Assembly: GCF_000025685.1 (NCBI RefSeq)
Contig: NC_013967.1
Location: 150,001 to 182,000, forward strand
Length of the DNA stretch: 32,000 bases
Direction of reading: 5' to 3'
DNA from: Haloferax volcanii DS2
GTDB taxonomy: Archaea > Halobacteriota > Halobacteria > Halobacteriales > Haloferacaceae
The notes under the pieces were generated by a model. It was not told where the DNA came from and did not search any database. It worked only from the letters and a program-made list of their open reading frames with translations. Both the position numbers and the translations under genes were made by a program. Positions 31,313 to 32,000 of this stretch are shown piece after piece (position 1 is the stretch's first letter; each line of letters begins with the position of its first letter).

Positions 31313-32000
31313 ATGAGCGAGGCCGCGGAGTCGGGCGACGCCCCGGCGGGTCGTGAAATCTGGATCGAGAAGTACCGACCGCAGACCTTCGACGACGTCT
31401 ACGGGCAGGACGACATCGTCGAGCGCCTGCGCAGCTACATCGAGCGCGACGACCTGCCGCACCTCCTGTTCGCGGGGCCGGCGGGCGTCGGCAAGACCAC
31501 CTCCGCGACGGCCATCGCCCGCGCCATCTACGGCGACGACTGGCGCGGCAACTTCCTCGAACTCAACGCCTCCGACGAGCGCGGTATCGACGTGGTCCGC
31601 GACCGCATCAAGAACTTCGCGCGCTCGTCGTTCGGCGGTCACGACTACCGCGTCATCTTCCTCGACGAGGCCGACTCGCTGACGAACGACGCGCAGTCGG
31701 CGCTCCGCCGGACGATGGAGCAGTTCTCCGACAACACGCGCTTCATCCTCTCGTGTAACTACTCCTCGAAGATTATCGACCCCATCCAGTCGCGCTGCGC
31801 GGTGTTCCGGTTTTCCCCGCTCGGCGACGACGCCATCGCGGAGCAGGTCCGCGACATCGCCGCCGCCGAGGACATCGAGGTCACGGAAGACGGCCTCGAC
31901 GCGCTGGTCTACGCCGCCGGCGGCGACATGCGCCGCGCCATCAACTCCCTTCAGGCCGCCGCGACGACCGGCGAGGTCGTCGACGAGGAGGCCGTCTACA
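31313..32000 (+). CDS. rfcA: Replication factor C small subunit; 3' end lies outside the window
   Basis: Hand translation: [95 protein letters not shown]. It is absent from the ORF track because no stop falls inside the window. TATA-like CGGTTTATGTG lies about 25 nt upstream. Confidence 0.93.
   Translation, partial: MSEAAESGDAPAGREIWIEKYRPQTFDDVYGQDDIVERLRSYIERDDLPHLLFAGPAGVGKTTSATAIARAIYGDDWRGNFLELNASDERGIDVVRDRIKNFARSSFGGHDYRVIFLDEADSLTNDAQSALRRTMEQFSDNTRFILSCNYSSKIIDPIQSRCAVFRFSPLGDDAIAEQVRDIAAAEDIEVTEDGLDALVYAAGGDMRRAINSLQAAATTGEVVDEEAVY

Noticed and set aside
1-32000. Searches for CRISPR arrays, rRNA or tRNA genes, transposases, integrases and prophage or defence islands.
   Set aside because: No regularly spaced repeats, structured RNA gene signatures or mobile-element proteins were seen. 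Composition is uniform apart from short AT-rich promoter patches, which is consistent with a core chromosomal region.

Overview
High-GC (roughly two-thirds G+C) haloarchaeal chromosomal core region. The proteins are acidic, and the PCNA and SAMP2 sequences match what I remember of Haloferax volcanii, so this is very probably Haloferax; that identification comes from memory, not a search. I can support about 39 protein-coding genes. I found no rRNA, tRNA, CRISPR array, transposase, integrase or other mobile element. Contents: a SAM-recycling pair (partial MTA/SAH deaminase plus adenosylhomocysteinase); a scattered set of DNA replication and repair genes (hjc, priL, pcnA, a MutS-like ATPase, orc1/cdc6, partial rfcA); the divergent Tat translocase pair (tandem-fused TatCt and TatCo); two nickel-pincer cofactor genes (larE, larB); rpiA; a phosphohexomutase; the rlmE-TRAM fusion; SAMP2; and several regulators (TrmB, Lrp/AsnC-TrkA_C, wHTH, RHH) and transporters (SMR, APC-Usp, YhhQ). 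The long antisense ORFs in the track are GC artefacts. Five small genes are missing from the ORF track because they are under 60 codons: an RHH protein overlapping the yhhQ start, two CPxC zinc-finger micro-proteins, SAMP2 (hidden inside a longer ORF), and a DUF1931 histone-fold gene. The most notable observations are: (1) the DUF1931 gene has its frame broken by one extra nucleotide; (2) the RHH-yhhQ two-gene unit has a perfect 14-bp palindrome over its promoter; (3) the TrmB regulator has no in-frame ATG or GTG start and looks frameshifted after codon 6; (4) short leaderless upstream ORFs end in ATGA overlaps with the APC permease and arsC; (5) a zinc-knuckle protein of unknown function sits between priL and pcnA. 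I see no defence island or obviously novel multi-gene system. All findings are hypotheses to test.
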